Source: Parcubacteria group bacterium Gr01-1014_30 (GTDB lineage: Bacteria > Patescibacteriota > Minisyncoccia > Minisyncoccales > 2-12-FULL-40-12). Taken from it: DNA of 64,000 nucleotides. Numbering within the stretch: position 1 is the stretch's first letter; the number at the start of each line of letters is the position of its first letter. Location of the stretch: positions 89,983-153,982 of the forward strand of contig VMFS01000003.1 in NCBI GenBank assembly GCA_007376185.1, written 5' to 3'. A model generated the notes under the pieces. That model searched no databases, had not been told where the DNA came from, and saw nothing but the letters and a program-made list of their open reading frames with translations. A program made the position numbers and the translations under genes. Positions 16,546-24,424 of this stretch are shown one piece after another.

Positions 16546-16573
16546 TTGACTTTTTTTGACTCATGAGTATAAT
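16546..16573 (+). promoter_or_regulatory. Cassette B promoter
   Basis: TTGACT (16546-16551), 16-nt spacer, TATAAT (16568-16573). Confidence 0.55.
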
Positions 16574-16578
16574 TGTTT

Positions 16579-16688
16579 CATAGTATTCCGCACTTTTACA
16601 ACTACACTTTTACTACTTGCGAAAAGTCGCCATAGCTTTTTGGTTTTGAATTTTTGAGACCAAAGAGCTGTGGCGAAAGGAGGATGCG
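16579..16688 (+). promoter_or_regulatory. Cassette B conserved structured leader (shortest version)
   Basis: CATAGTATTCCGCACTTTTACAAC...TACTACTTGC (16611-16620). GTCGCCATAGC (16626-16636) pairs with GCTGTGGCGA (16667-16676). AAGGAGG at 16677-16683. Confidence 0.6.
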
Positions 16689-17171
16689 ATGAATCAGGAA
16701 AAGCGGCGGCCGGACATAGCAATCGTGCAAACTTATCCCGCCGTTGGCGAGGCTTTTGAGTTAACTATTGACTTTGACGCGCCCGAGAACCAACCGCTTG
16801 AGATGCTTAAGCGCGACAGTTACAACCCCGAGGGCTGGAATTACACGGGCAAAAAGGTTACTGGCAAACACACCCGCCGCTTCAAACTTGTTCAGGTTGG
16901 CTACTCTGTCACTTTTGCTCCCTTTGCTGAGGTTAGGCAGAAAATTGTCTCGCACGGCGAGGTTCCCGAGGGCCAATGGAGGCAGGCCTTCAAGGCCACC
17001 TATCCGATTCACGACGGGAAGGGCGCTGTTAACGTGCTCGATTCCTCGTGGGTGGATTCAAATGGTGAAGCCAGGTTTCCGTACATCGAAACGCTTGGCC
17101 TATCGAGCTTCAGCTTGACTAGGCGCATATTCACAGAGCAGTGCCGTTATCTCGTCGCTATCCACGAGTAG
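16689..17171 (+). CDS. Hypothetical protein, cassette B cargo
   Basis: 160 codons, ATG 5 nt after AGGAGG. GC moderately above flanks. The C-terminal half aligns by eye with the cassette A and C proteins. Confidence 0.65.
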   Translation: MNQEKRRPDIAIVQTYPAVGEAFELTIDFDAPENQPLEMLKRDSYNPEGWNYTGKKVTGKHTRRFKLVQVGYSVTFAPFAEVRQKIVSHGEVPEGQWRQAFKATYPIHDGKGAVNVLDSSWVDSNGEARFPYIETLGLSSFSLTRRIFTEQCRYLVAIHE

Positions 17172-17187
17172 TATTGATTTTTACCAA

Positions 17188-17229
17188 GGGGCTGTGTCTG
17201 TTTTTTAGACCAGCCCCTCTTGTTTTTTT
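17188..17229 (+). terminator. Cassette B hairpin terminator
   Basis: GGGGCTGTGTCT-GTTTTTT-AGACCAGCCCC followed by a T-run. Confidence 0.65.
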
Positions 17230-17283
17230 GACATTTTTTGATATGCGATTTTGAAAAATGATTATAAACAATTATAGTGAGAT

Positions 17284-18411
17284 ATGAGAAAAACAAAGGA
17301 AAAAGTTATTGTGGCGATGTCTGGCGGAGTGGACAGTTCAGTTGCCGCCGCGCTTTTGAAAAAGCGCGGCTTTAGTGTGCGCGGTGTTTTCATTAAAACG
17401 TGGTCAGCTTCCCTGCCTTGCGACCAGAAGCAGGACCGGCTTGACGCGATGAAGGTGGCTTTGCAGCTAAAAATTCCTTTTCAAACCTGGGATTTCAGCC
17501 GCGAATATAAAAGAGACGTTGTTGATTATATGGTTTCGGGATACGCAGAAGGAATTACTCCCAACCCCGACATTATGTGCAACAAGTATATAAAGTTCGG
17601 GCTGTTCTTGGAGCGCGCGCTCAAAGAAGGCGCTGATTTTATTGCGACAGGACACTATGCCCGCATAAAGCGGGAAATCCGAAATCCGAAATCCGACCAC
17701 AGCCCATTTCCAATGGGCTGGGTCGCCCAGCCCTTTAGTAAGGGCTGTGGCGAAATCCGAAAATTACTAATAGGGAAAGACAAAAACAAGGACCAAAGTT
17801 ATTTTTTGTGGACTTTGACCCAGAAGCAGTTGCAACATTGTCTGTTTCCCATCGGCGAGTACACCAAACCAGAAGTCCGAAAACTTGCAAAAAAGTTCGG
17901 TCTTCATACCGTCGCACAAAAAAAGGATTCCCAGGGAATTTGCTTTTTGGGGAAGATTGACTTGCGGGATTTCCTTGAAAAGCGAATAGGCCCCAAACCT
18001 GGTTTGATTTTAACGGTTTCTGGCCAAAAAATAGGCAAGCACCAAGGGTTGTCTTTTTACACCATTGGCCAGCGAAAGGGAATCGGGTTGCCTGGAGGTC
18101 CTTGGTTTGTCGCGGGCAAAGATTTAAAAAAGAACGTTCTCGTCGTTACGAAAAGCGGAAAGTACTTGCTCAAGAAAGAACTGGTTGCCGAAAACGTAAA
18201 CTGGGTCGGAGGAGAACCCCCAAAATTTCCCCTGGAAATAAAAGTAAAAGTCCGCTATCTGGCGCCTTCGACTCCAGCCCTAGTTGACAAGAAAACTAAA
18301 AATGGATACAAAATACAATTGGTTTCGCCGCAAAGAGCCATTGCTCCGGGCCAGTCCGCCGTTTTTTACAAAAGCGGAGAGTTGCTCGGCGGCGGAGTCA
18401 TTGCTGTTTAA
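17284..18411 (+). CDS. mnmA: tRNA 2-thiouridine(34) synthase MnmA
   Basis: VAMSGGVDSSVAA PP-loop. NPDIMCNKYIKFG, DQSYFL and SQGICFLG motifs. Confidence 0.9.
   Translation: MRKTKEKVIVAMSGGVDSSVAAALLKKRGFSVRGVFIKTWSASLPCDQKQDRLDAMKVALQLKIPFQTWDFSREYKRDVVDYMVSGYAEGITPNPDIMCNKYIKFGLFLERALKEGADFIATGHYARIKREIRNPKSDHSPFPMGWVAQPFSKGCGEIRKLLIGKDKNKDQSYFLWTLTQKQLQHCLFPIGEYTKPEVRKLAKKFGLHTVAQKKDSQGICFLGKIDLRDFLEKRIGPKPGLILTVSGQKIGKHQGLSFYTIGQRKGIGLPGGPWFVAGKDLKKNVLVVTKSGKYLLKKELVAENVNWVGGEPPKFPLEIKVKVRYLAPSTPALVDKKTKNGYKIQLVSPQRAIAPGQSAVFYKSGELLGGGVIAV
17687..17760. repeat. Palindromic insert inside the mnmA CDS
   Basis: Core CCACAGCCC...GGGCTGTGG (17697-17750) flanked by a direct CGAAATCCGA (17687-17696, 17751-17760). 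Preceded by 3x GAAATCC. Confidence 0.6.
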
Positions 18412-18444
18412 AAAAAGAATATTGGTAAAGGAGGGAGAAGTGAC

Positions 18445-19047
18445 ATGGTGGAAAGAGTGAAGATTGCCCTGTTTGAGAACTTGGCGAACGTTCTTACCAG
18501 CTGCAGGCTTATTGCGGCTTCATGGCTGATAGTTTCGGCGCTTAACAACGGACAGGTCGTTTTGATGTTTGTTTTGGCCGCTTTTTGCGTTGCTTCGGAC
18601 TTTTTTGACGGGAAGGTGGCGCGTTACTGCGGGATTGAGAGCTGGCTTGGGAGTTTCTTGGACCGCTTGGCTGACAAAATCTTTGTTGTTCCAATAACGA
18701 TAGCTCTGATTTTGCATTATTGGCCTAATGAGGCATCTTTAAACATGCAGATCCTTACCGCTGAGTTGGCGATGGTGGTCATTTTGCTGGAACTTTTTTT
18801 GATTGTCAGCGTGTTGTACTGTCTTAAGACAGGGGTTTACTTGAGTGCTAACCGTTGGGGCAAGTTGAAAATGGGTTTTGAGTCAGGAGTAATTCTTGTA
18901 TGGCTTTTGTCGGTGGTTGTTGAGGAACGTTTGGGATTTTTGGTGTGGCAATGGTCCATAGCTTTGATTGATTTTGGTTTGGCATCGGCCGTGCTCTTTG
19001 CGGTAATGAGCATTCAGGGTTATTTCCAGCACTGGAGAAGCGCTTAG
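18445..19047 (+). CDS. CDP-alcohol phosphatidyltransferase family protein
   Basis: DFFDGKVARYCG...GSFLDRLADK matches D-G-x2-A-R...G-x3-D-x3-D. Multiple TM helices. Confidence 0.8.
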   Translation: MVERVKIALFENLANVLTSCRLIAASWLIVSALNNGQVVLMFVLAAFCVASDFFDGKVARYCGIESWLGSFLDRLADKIFVVPITIALILHYWPNEASLNMQILTAELAMVVILLELFLIVSVLYCLKTGVYLSANRWGKLKMGFESGVILVWLLSVVVEERLGFLVWQWSIALIDFGLASAVLFAVMSIQGYFQHWRSA

Positions 19048-19134
19048 AAAATTTTTTTAGCCAGCCCGGGAGAAATTCTCCCGGGCCTGATTATTTGACT
19101 AATCAAGTTGCGTTTCATATAATGGTTTCATATA

Positions 19135-19935
19135 ATGAATGTTAGAAAAGGTCTGAAAAGCTTAGTCAATAAAAAAATTATGGAACAAACAAACATAGAG
19201 CAAACAACTCAAAAACAAAACCCCGATAGTAGAGCAGAGCACACTACGGGGCACAATCCTTATTTGATACCCGGCGCCATTGTAATTGCCGGAGTTTTGA
19301 TTGCCGGCGCAGTTTTTTTGGCGCAGAGGAATCCTTCTTTGGGTCCCTCCGCCACTCCCGGCACAGGAGAGTTATCGGGTTCTGAATTGCCTGCAGGCAA
19401 CTTTCAGGTTGACCTTGAGGGTTGGGCTTCAAAGGGAGACCCTTCATCTCCTATTACCATAGTGGAATATGCCGATTTTGCCTGCCCTTTTTGTGGAAGG
19501 TTCTGGCAAGAAACTTTGCCCCAGATTGAGCGCGATTATGTTGATACTGGTAAAGTTCGCATCGTTTACAAAGACTTTATTGTTGTGGGGGGCGACAGAG
19601 CGGCAGAAGCCGCCCACTGCGCCAAAGAGCAGGGAAAATATTGGGAGTATCACGACCTTTTGTTTTCGCGTCAAGCGCAAGACAAGACGAATTGGGCAAA
19701 TTCTGAAGTTCACCGCGGTTACGCCAGAGAACTGGGATTAAACGAGTCGGCTCTCATTGAGTGCTTTGAAAGCAGGCGCTACCAGGAAAAGGTGAGCAAA
19801 TCAACCCAGGAGGCGGTACAAAACGGCGGACAGGGAACTCCTTATTTCCTCATCAACAACACTCCGGTTTTCGGCGCTCAACCCTATTCGTCGTTTCAAC
19901 AGGTAATTGAGTCCATATTGGCCGAGGAAAAATAA
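19135..19935 (+). CDS. DsbA-family thiol:disulfide oxidoreductase, membrane-anchored
   Basis: TM anchor. The thioredoxin-fold active site is CPFC (ADFACPFCGRFW). Confidence 0.8.
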   Translation: MNVRKGLKSLVNKKIMEQTNIEQTTQKQNPDSRAEHTTGHNPYLIPGAIVIAGVLIAGAVFLAQRNPSLGPSATPGTGELSGSELPAGNFQVDLEGWASKGDPSSPITIVEYADFACPFCGRFWQETLPQIERDYVDTGKVRIVYKDFIVVGGDRAAEAAHCAKEQGKYWEYHDLLFSRQAQDKTNWANSEVHRGYARELGLNESALIECFESRRYQEKVSKSTQEAVQNGGQGTPYFLINNTPVFGAQPYSSFQQVIESILAEEK

Positions 19936-19945
19936 GAATAAGGCA

Positions 19946-20419
19946 ATGCTTGTTTTGCAAGCTCTAAAAGAACCAAAATACCTAGCTTTGGCCGTTGTTT
20001 TTGCGGTTTTGGTAATGTCGCTTTACGCTTTTTTGCAGGTTTTGCCCCAAGGCGTGAATAATTTTTGGTTCTGGTTTACACTGCTCACGCCTTTGGCTTG
20101 GCTGCTTTACGTGGTTTACGGAATTTTGTTTGGGGTTACCTTATCATTTTTCATCTGGCAGAGAGTTAAAAAAAATTACCCCTCATCTAAAGCTGTGAAA
20201 GGAGGTTTATTGGGCGCTTTGGGCGGCGTTCTGGGGACAACGGCGCCGGTCTGCTCAGCTTGTCTGCCTTGGGCGGTTTTACTGTTGCCGGCAAGCCTTG
20301 CTTTTCCTTTTGTGCAGTACAACTCCCTGATTATGACTTTCAGCATTGGTTTACTCATTTTGGCCCTTTGGCTTTTGGGAGGGTTCACCCCCACACCAAA
20401 TGAGGATATCCGCACCTAG
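19946..20419 (+). CDS. Polytopic membrane protein with a CxxC motif
   Basis: About 4 TM helices and a CSAC motif, directly downstream of the DsbA-like gene. The last ~10 codons and stop lie in repeat 20388-20473. Confidence 0.4.
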   Translation: MLVLQALKEPKYLALAVVFAVLVMSLYAFLQVLPQGVNNFWFWFTLLTPLAWLLYVVYGILFGVTLSFFIWQRVKKNYPSSKAVKGGLLGALGGVLGTTAPVCSACLPWAVLLLPASLAFPFVQYNSLIMTFSIGLLILALWLLGGFTPTPNEDIRT

Positions 20420-20473
20420 GGGCTTCGCCCCGGTGCGTTTATCGTGAAACGAATCCTCGTTATGGTGTGGGGG
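20388..20473. repeat. Palindromic element, family 3 (CCCCCACACC...GGTGTGGGGG)
   Basis: Inverted arms with a GGGGCTTCGCCCC centre. Copies at 46525-46638 and 55552-55637. Confidence 0.7.
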
Positions 20474-20483
20474 TTTCAAAAAA

Positions 20484-21077
20484 ATGTCTAAGTTCGCTGA
20501 GCCTTCGGTTCCTCTCGCGCCTCGCTCTACTCCGCAGAGCCCGGCAGAAGAGTACAAGTTAAAACGGCAGGAAAAGATCCAAGCAAAAGATGCCGAAAAG
20601 CAGAAAAGAAGAATTAAAAAAACTGCAAAAAAGGCAGGAGTGGTTTTGTTAGTTTTGGCTGCATTGTTATTGTTTGGGGGCGGCTGGTATCTAGTTTCTA
20701 AAGTCGAGCCGGCTGAAAAGTCAGACATTGTCTCAAGAACCCCGATTCACTGGCATCCCGAGCTGAAAATTAAAATTTTGGGAGAGTATCAAGAAATACC
20801 GGCAAACATCGGCATTGGCATTGTTCACCAGACGCTTCACACTCATGACCCGGACGGTATAATTCATATTGAGCCAACAGGTTTGGTGCGGGAAAATGAT
20901 ATTAAACTTGGAAGATTTTTTGAAATATGGGGCAAAACTTTTAATGAAAGCTGCATTTTTGAATACTGCTCGGGCCCTCAGGGTCAAGTGAAAATGTTCG
21001 TTAACGGCGAGCCAAATTTTGACTTTGAAAATTACATAATGCGCGATGGGGATAGGATCGAGATTATCTTTGAATAA
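20484..21077 (+). CDS. Membrane-anchored hypothetical protein with a His-rich C-terminal domain
   Basis: Lys-rich N-terminus, one TM helix, then IHWHPELKI...HTHDPDGIIHIE. The first ~12 codons overlap an inverted fragment of the 25108-type repeat. Confidence 0.5.
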   Translation: MSKFAEPSVPLAPRSTPQSPAEEYKLKRQEKIQAKDAEKQKRRIKKTAKKAGVVLLVLAALLLFGGGWYLVSKVEPAEKSDIVSRTPIHWHPELKIKILGEYQEIPANIGIGIVHQTLHTHDPDGIIHIEPTGLVRENDIKLGRFFEIWGKTFNESCIFEYCSGPQGQVKMFVNGEPNFDFENYIMRDGDRIEIIFE

Positions 21078-21210
21078 TCAAAGGTCGTTAATCGTTAATA
21101 GTTTATCGTTTAGCGCGTCCCGTTTCGTTAAAAGTTAAGGGTTAACGGCCCCAAAACGCTAAACCCTAAACGATACGGGCATCGCTAAACCCTAACCGCT
21201 AAACGCAATT
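21078..21210. repeat. TAAACG/CGTTTAGCG-rich palindromic element
   Basis: Shares CGTTTAGCG...CCCGTTTCGT...ACGATACGGG...ATCGCTAAACCC..GCTAAACG blocks with 45527-45660. Confidence 0.6.
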
Positions 21211-21216
21211 TATATC

Positions 21217-21663
21217 ATGCAACAAAAAACGCTTATTGGTATAATAATTATTGCCGTTGTCATCGTCGGCGGCTACTTGCTTTGGACTGGATCTCAAAGG
21301 CAATCTGAGTTGCCAGAGATTGTTCTGCCGCCATCACTGGAAACGGCTCCCCAAGAACTTCCGCAAAAGGAAGCGACAGCTCCGGAAATCAGAGAAATTG
21401 CGGTTTCGGGCAAGGAATTCAGCTTCGACCCCGCCTCAATAACTCTTTCTGAAGGCGAAAGAGTAAGAGTTGTTTTCACCAACGTTGGCCAAGCTCCTCA
21501 TGACTTCACCATTGAGGGCTTGGGAATTAAAACACAGGTTATAGGGTTTGGTCAAACCGACTCGATTGATTTCACGGTTCCGGCTTCGGGGGTCTACACT
21601 TTCTTTTGCTCTGTTGCCGGCCACAGGCAAGCAGGCATGGAAGGCGACTTGACAGTTGAATAG
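21217..21663 (+). CDS. Cupredoxin (plastocyanin/azurin-like blue copper protein)
   Basis: TM/signal helix. Cu ligands are H (QAPHDF) and C-x4-H-x4-M (FFCSVAGHRQAGM). Confidence 0.8.
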   Translation: MQQKTLIGIIIIAVVIVGGYLLWTGSQRQSELPEIVLPPSLETAPQELPQKEATAPEIREIAVSGKEFSFDPASITLSEGERVRVVFTNVGQAPHDFTIEGLGIKTQVIGFGQTDSIDFTVPASGVYTFFCSVAGHRQAGMEGDLTVE

Positions 21664-21686
21664 TTGGTCAACTAAAATAAAGTATA

Positions 21687-22292
21687 ATGCACTCTCTGCC
21701 AAAACTTCCATACCCCTACGACGCTTTGGAACCCTTTATTGACGCTAAAACCATGGAGATTCACTACTCAAAGCACCACCAGACCTATGTGGACAAACTG
21801 AACGCGGCTTTGGGAAAATACCCCGAGCTTTTTGAAAAACCGCTGGAATACTTACTGAAAAACACGAGTCAGGTTCCGGAAGACATACGCCAAGCGGTCA
21901 TCAATCATGGCGGCGGTCACCACAACCACTCTCTTTTTTGGACGATTATGGCTCCAAATGCCGGGGGGATCCCAAGCGGCGCTTTATCCGAAGAAATAAA
22001 CCAAATCTGGAGCAGTTTCGAAAAGTTTAAGGAAGAATTCACTAATGCCGCGCTCGGGATTTTCGGCTCAGGTTGGGCTTGGCTGGGTATTTATCAAAGA
22101 AAACTGAAAATCTGCACAACTAAAAATCAGGATTCACTTTTAATGGAAGGAAAGATCCCCGTACTCGGATTAGATATGTGGGAACATGCCATGTATCTCC
22201 TATATCAGAATCGTAAAAATGAATACGTCTCGGCCTGGTGGAATACTGTCAGTTGGCCCGAAGTAGAACGCCGATACAAAGAAGTTAAATAA
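21687..22292 (+). CDS. Fe/Mn superoxide dismutase
   Basis: LPYPYDALEPFID, HHSKHH, and DMWEHAMYL (the canonical DxWEHAYY motif). Confidence 0.95.
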   Translation: MHSLPKLPYPYDALEPFIDAKTMEIHYSKHHQTYVDKLNAALGKYPELFEKPLEYLLKNTSQVPEDIRQAVINHGGGHHNHSLFWTIMAPNAGGIPSGALSEEINQIWSSFEKFKEEFTNAALGIFGSGWAWLGIYQRKLKICTTKNQDSLLMEGKIPVLGLDMWEHAMYLLYQNRKNEYVSAWWNTVSWPEVERRYKEVK

Positions 22293-22298
22293 AACCTT

Positions 22299-22655
22299 CT
22301 AAGTAAATAGGTGGATAGGCCCGTCTTTCCACTTATTACTCATCCATTTTTCTACATAAGAAACTTTCTTATCATAAAGTTTTATTGTTTTGATTTCCTT
22401 CAATAACTTCTTAACCCAACTCTTTTTATAAATTCTTAAGTGATATGTTTTTTTTCTAGGAAAGCCATCTTTACTAATATATGCATCTTGATTCGAGTAT
22501 TTAGCTTCTATACCTAGATAATTTTTCATTAAAATTCTTATAGCTTCCGTTCTTTTATTATCAGTACTGGTAATGTCCAGACATATTTTAGGTATTTTTC
22601 TAGCACTATCGTTAATAATTTTTACGCAACCATCAGCATCAAAAAATCCTTCCAT
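22299..22655 (-). CDS. LAGLIDADG-type homing endonuclease-like protein, short/truncated
   Basis: Begins MEGFFDADGC (single LAGLIDADG motif). 118 aa. The local sequence is much more AT-rich than its neighbours. Confidence 0.6.
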   Translation of the reverse strand: MEGFFDADGCVKIINDSARKIPKICLDITSTDNKRTEAIRILMKNYLGIEAKYSNQDAYISKDGFPRKKTYHLRIYKKSWVKKLLKEIKTIKLYDKKVSYVEKWMSNKWKDGPIHLFT

Positions 22656-22701
22656 TTGATTATATTATATCATTGAATATAGATAAAAATAGAGGACCTT
22701 T

Positions 22702-22947
22702 ATGCCAAAAATAAGGGTGGTTTATAACCGAGAGGGTTGCATTGGAGCCGCTGCTTGTGAGTTAGCCGCGCCTAAATTTTGGAAACTTGGCAAAGACAAC
22801 AAAGCCGACTTAGCTCAAGCTAAACTGAATCCCGAAACTTTGAAATACGAGTTAGAAGTTGAAGTGACGGAAGAAGAATTAAAGGCGCTGAAAGAGTCGG
22901 CTGACTCCTGCCCGGTCCAGGTGATTGAGATTTCTGAGATCAGCTGA
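22702..22947 (+). CDS. Small ferredoxin (single-cluster type)
   Basis: 81 aa. CIGAAAC...C near the N-terminus and SCPV near the C-terminus. Confidence 0.65.
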   Translation: MPKIRVVYNREGCIGAAACELAAPKFWKLGKDNKADLAQAKLNPETLKYELEVEVTEEELKALKESADSCPVQVIEISEIS

Positions 22948-23020
22948 AAGCCTGTTGTCTGGCTTGTTGAAGCCCTTCCATTTGCGGGCTTTTTTCATTT
23001 GGGCTACAATTAGGATAAAC

Positions 23021-24424
23021 ATGCGGAGTGTTGAAAACGCGCTTAAAAACTTCCCCACGGTTTTGATAATTTTTGGGGCTACAGGCGACTTTATGGAAAG
23101 AAAATTGCTGCCCGCCATTTTTGACTTGCACCAAAAGGGATTTTTGCCGACGCTTTTCCGAGTCATAGGTTTTGCAAAAGAGAACCTAACAGAGGTAGAG
23201 TACAGGAGCTGGCTCCGCAAAAACTTTCCCAAAAGAGGGAAACGCAAAAAGGATTTTTTACAAAAATTTACTTATCAGGCAGGTCTCTTTGAAGAAATTG
23301 CAAGTTATGAGGAACTTGGCAAAAAACTTGGTTTTATTGACGGTAGGTTCCGCGTGTGCGCGAACAAACTGTTTTATCTGGCCGTGCCACCCAACTACTA
23401 TGAGGCCATTTTTCAAAACTTGGCAAAGTCAGGTTTAACAAAGCCATGTTCCCCAGAGGAGGGCTGGACAAGAGTTTTAGTTGAGAAACCATTCGGTGAG
23501 GACTTGGAAAAAGCCAAAAAACTGGATAAACTCCTTGACAACCTTTTCAAAGAGGTTCAGGTTTACCGCATTGATCACTATTTGGCAAAGGAAACGGTTT
23601 CCAACTTATTGGTGTTTCGTTTCGCCAACTCTGTTTTTGAACACATTTGGAACAGGCGTTTCATAGAAAAAATTGAAATACGGCTTTTGGAAAAAGAAGG
23701 AGTTGAAAACAGGGGGCTTTTTTACGACACTTTGGGCGCCTTGAGAGACGTGGGGCAAAACCACCTTTTGCAGATGTTGGCTTTGGTTACAATAGATGCT
23801 CCTCTTTCTTTGACGGTCGACGACATCAGAGAAAAAAAACTGGAGATTCTTCAGAGCTTGCAAAAGATGACGCCCAAAGGAGTTAAAGCAAACACTGCAA
23901 GGGGGCAGTACCAAGGGTATTTGCAGACGCCGGGAGTTAAACCCGACTCCCGCAGAGAAACCTATTTTAAAATCAAAACATTTTTGAAAAACAAAAAGTG
24001 GAAGGGAGTCCCTTTCATTTTGGAGAGCGGCAAAAGAATGAATCAGCATTTGGCCGAAATCAAAATAACTTTCAAAATAGGGAAATACTGCCCTTTTTGC
24101 AAGGGTGCCGGCATTGAACAGCACAGCAATACTCTTACTTTCAGAATTCATCCCAAAGAAGGAATTTTGTTTTCTTTCCATTCCAAAAAACCGGGAACCA
24201 AAACAACTGTGGAAACAAGAGACCTCCACTTTTTCTACGAAGAATCCTACCAAAAACAAAAACTTCTGCCAGATTACGAGAAGTTGCTGGTGGATGCTTT
24301 TTTGGGCGACCAGACGCTTTTTTTGAGCACCAAAGAAATTTTGGCTTGCTGGGGATTTATTGACCCCATTTTAAGAGCTTGGCAGAAAAATGCTGTTCCG
24401 TTAAAAGTGTACAAAGCCAGGTGA
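23021..24424 (+). CDS. zwf: Glucose-6-phosphate dehydrogenase
   Basis: IFGATGDFMERKLLPA, EKPFG and RIDHYLAKE motifs. ATG 23021 is chosen by alignment to the conserved N-terminus. Confidence 0.9.
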   Translation: MRSVENALKNFPTVLIIFGATGDFMERKLLPAIFDLHQKGFLPTLFRVIGFAKENLTEVEYRSWLRKNFPKRGKRKKDFLQKFTYQAGLFEEIASYEELGKKLGFIDGRFRVCANKLFYLAVPPNYYEAIFQNLAKSGLTKPCSPEEGWTRVLVEKPFGEDLEKAKKLDKLLDNLFKEVQVYRIDHYLAKETVSNLLVFRFANSVFEHIWNRRFIEKIEIRLLEKEGVENRGLFYDTLGALRDVGQNHLLQMLALVTIDAPLSLTVDDIREKKLEILQSLQKMTPKGVKANTARGQYQGYLQTPGVKPDSRRETYFKIKTFLKNKKWKGVPFILESGKRMNQHLAEIKITFKIGKYCPFCKGAGIEQHSNTLTFRIHPKEGILFSFHSKKPGTKTTVETRDLHFFYEESYQKQKLLPDYEKLLVDAFLGDQTLFLSTKEILACWGFIDPILRAWQKNAVPLKVYKAR

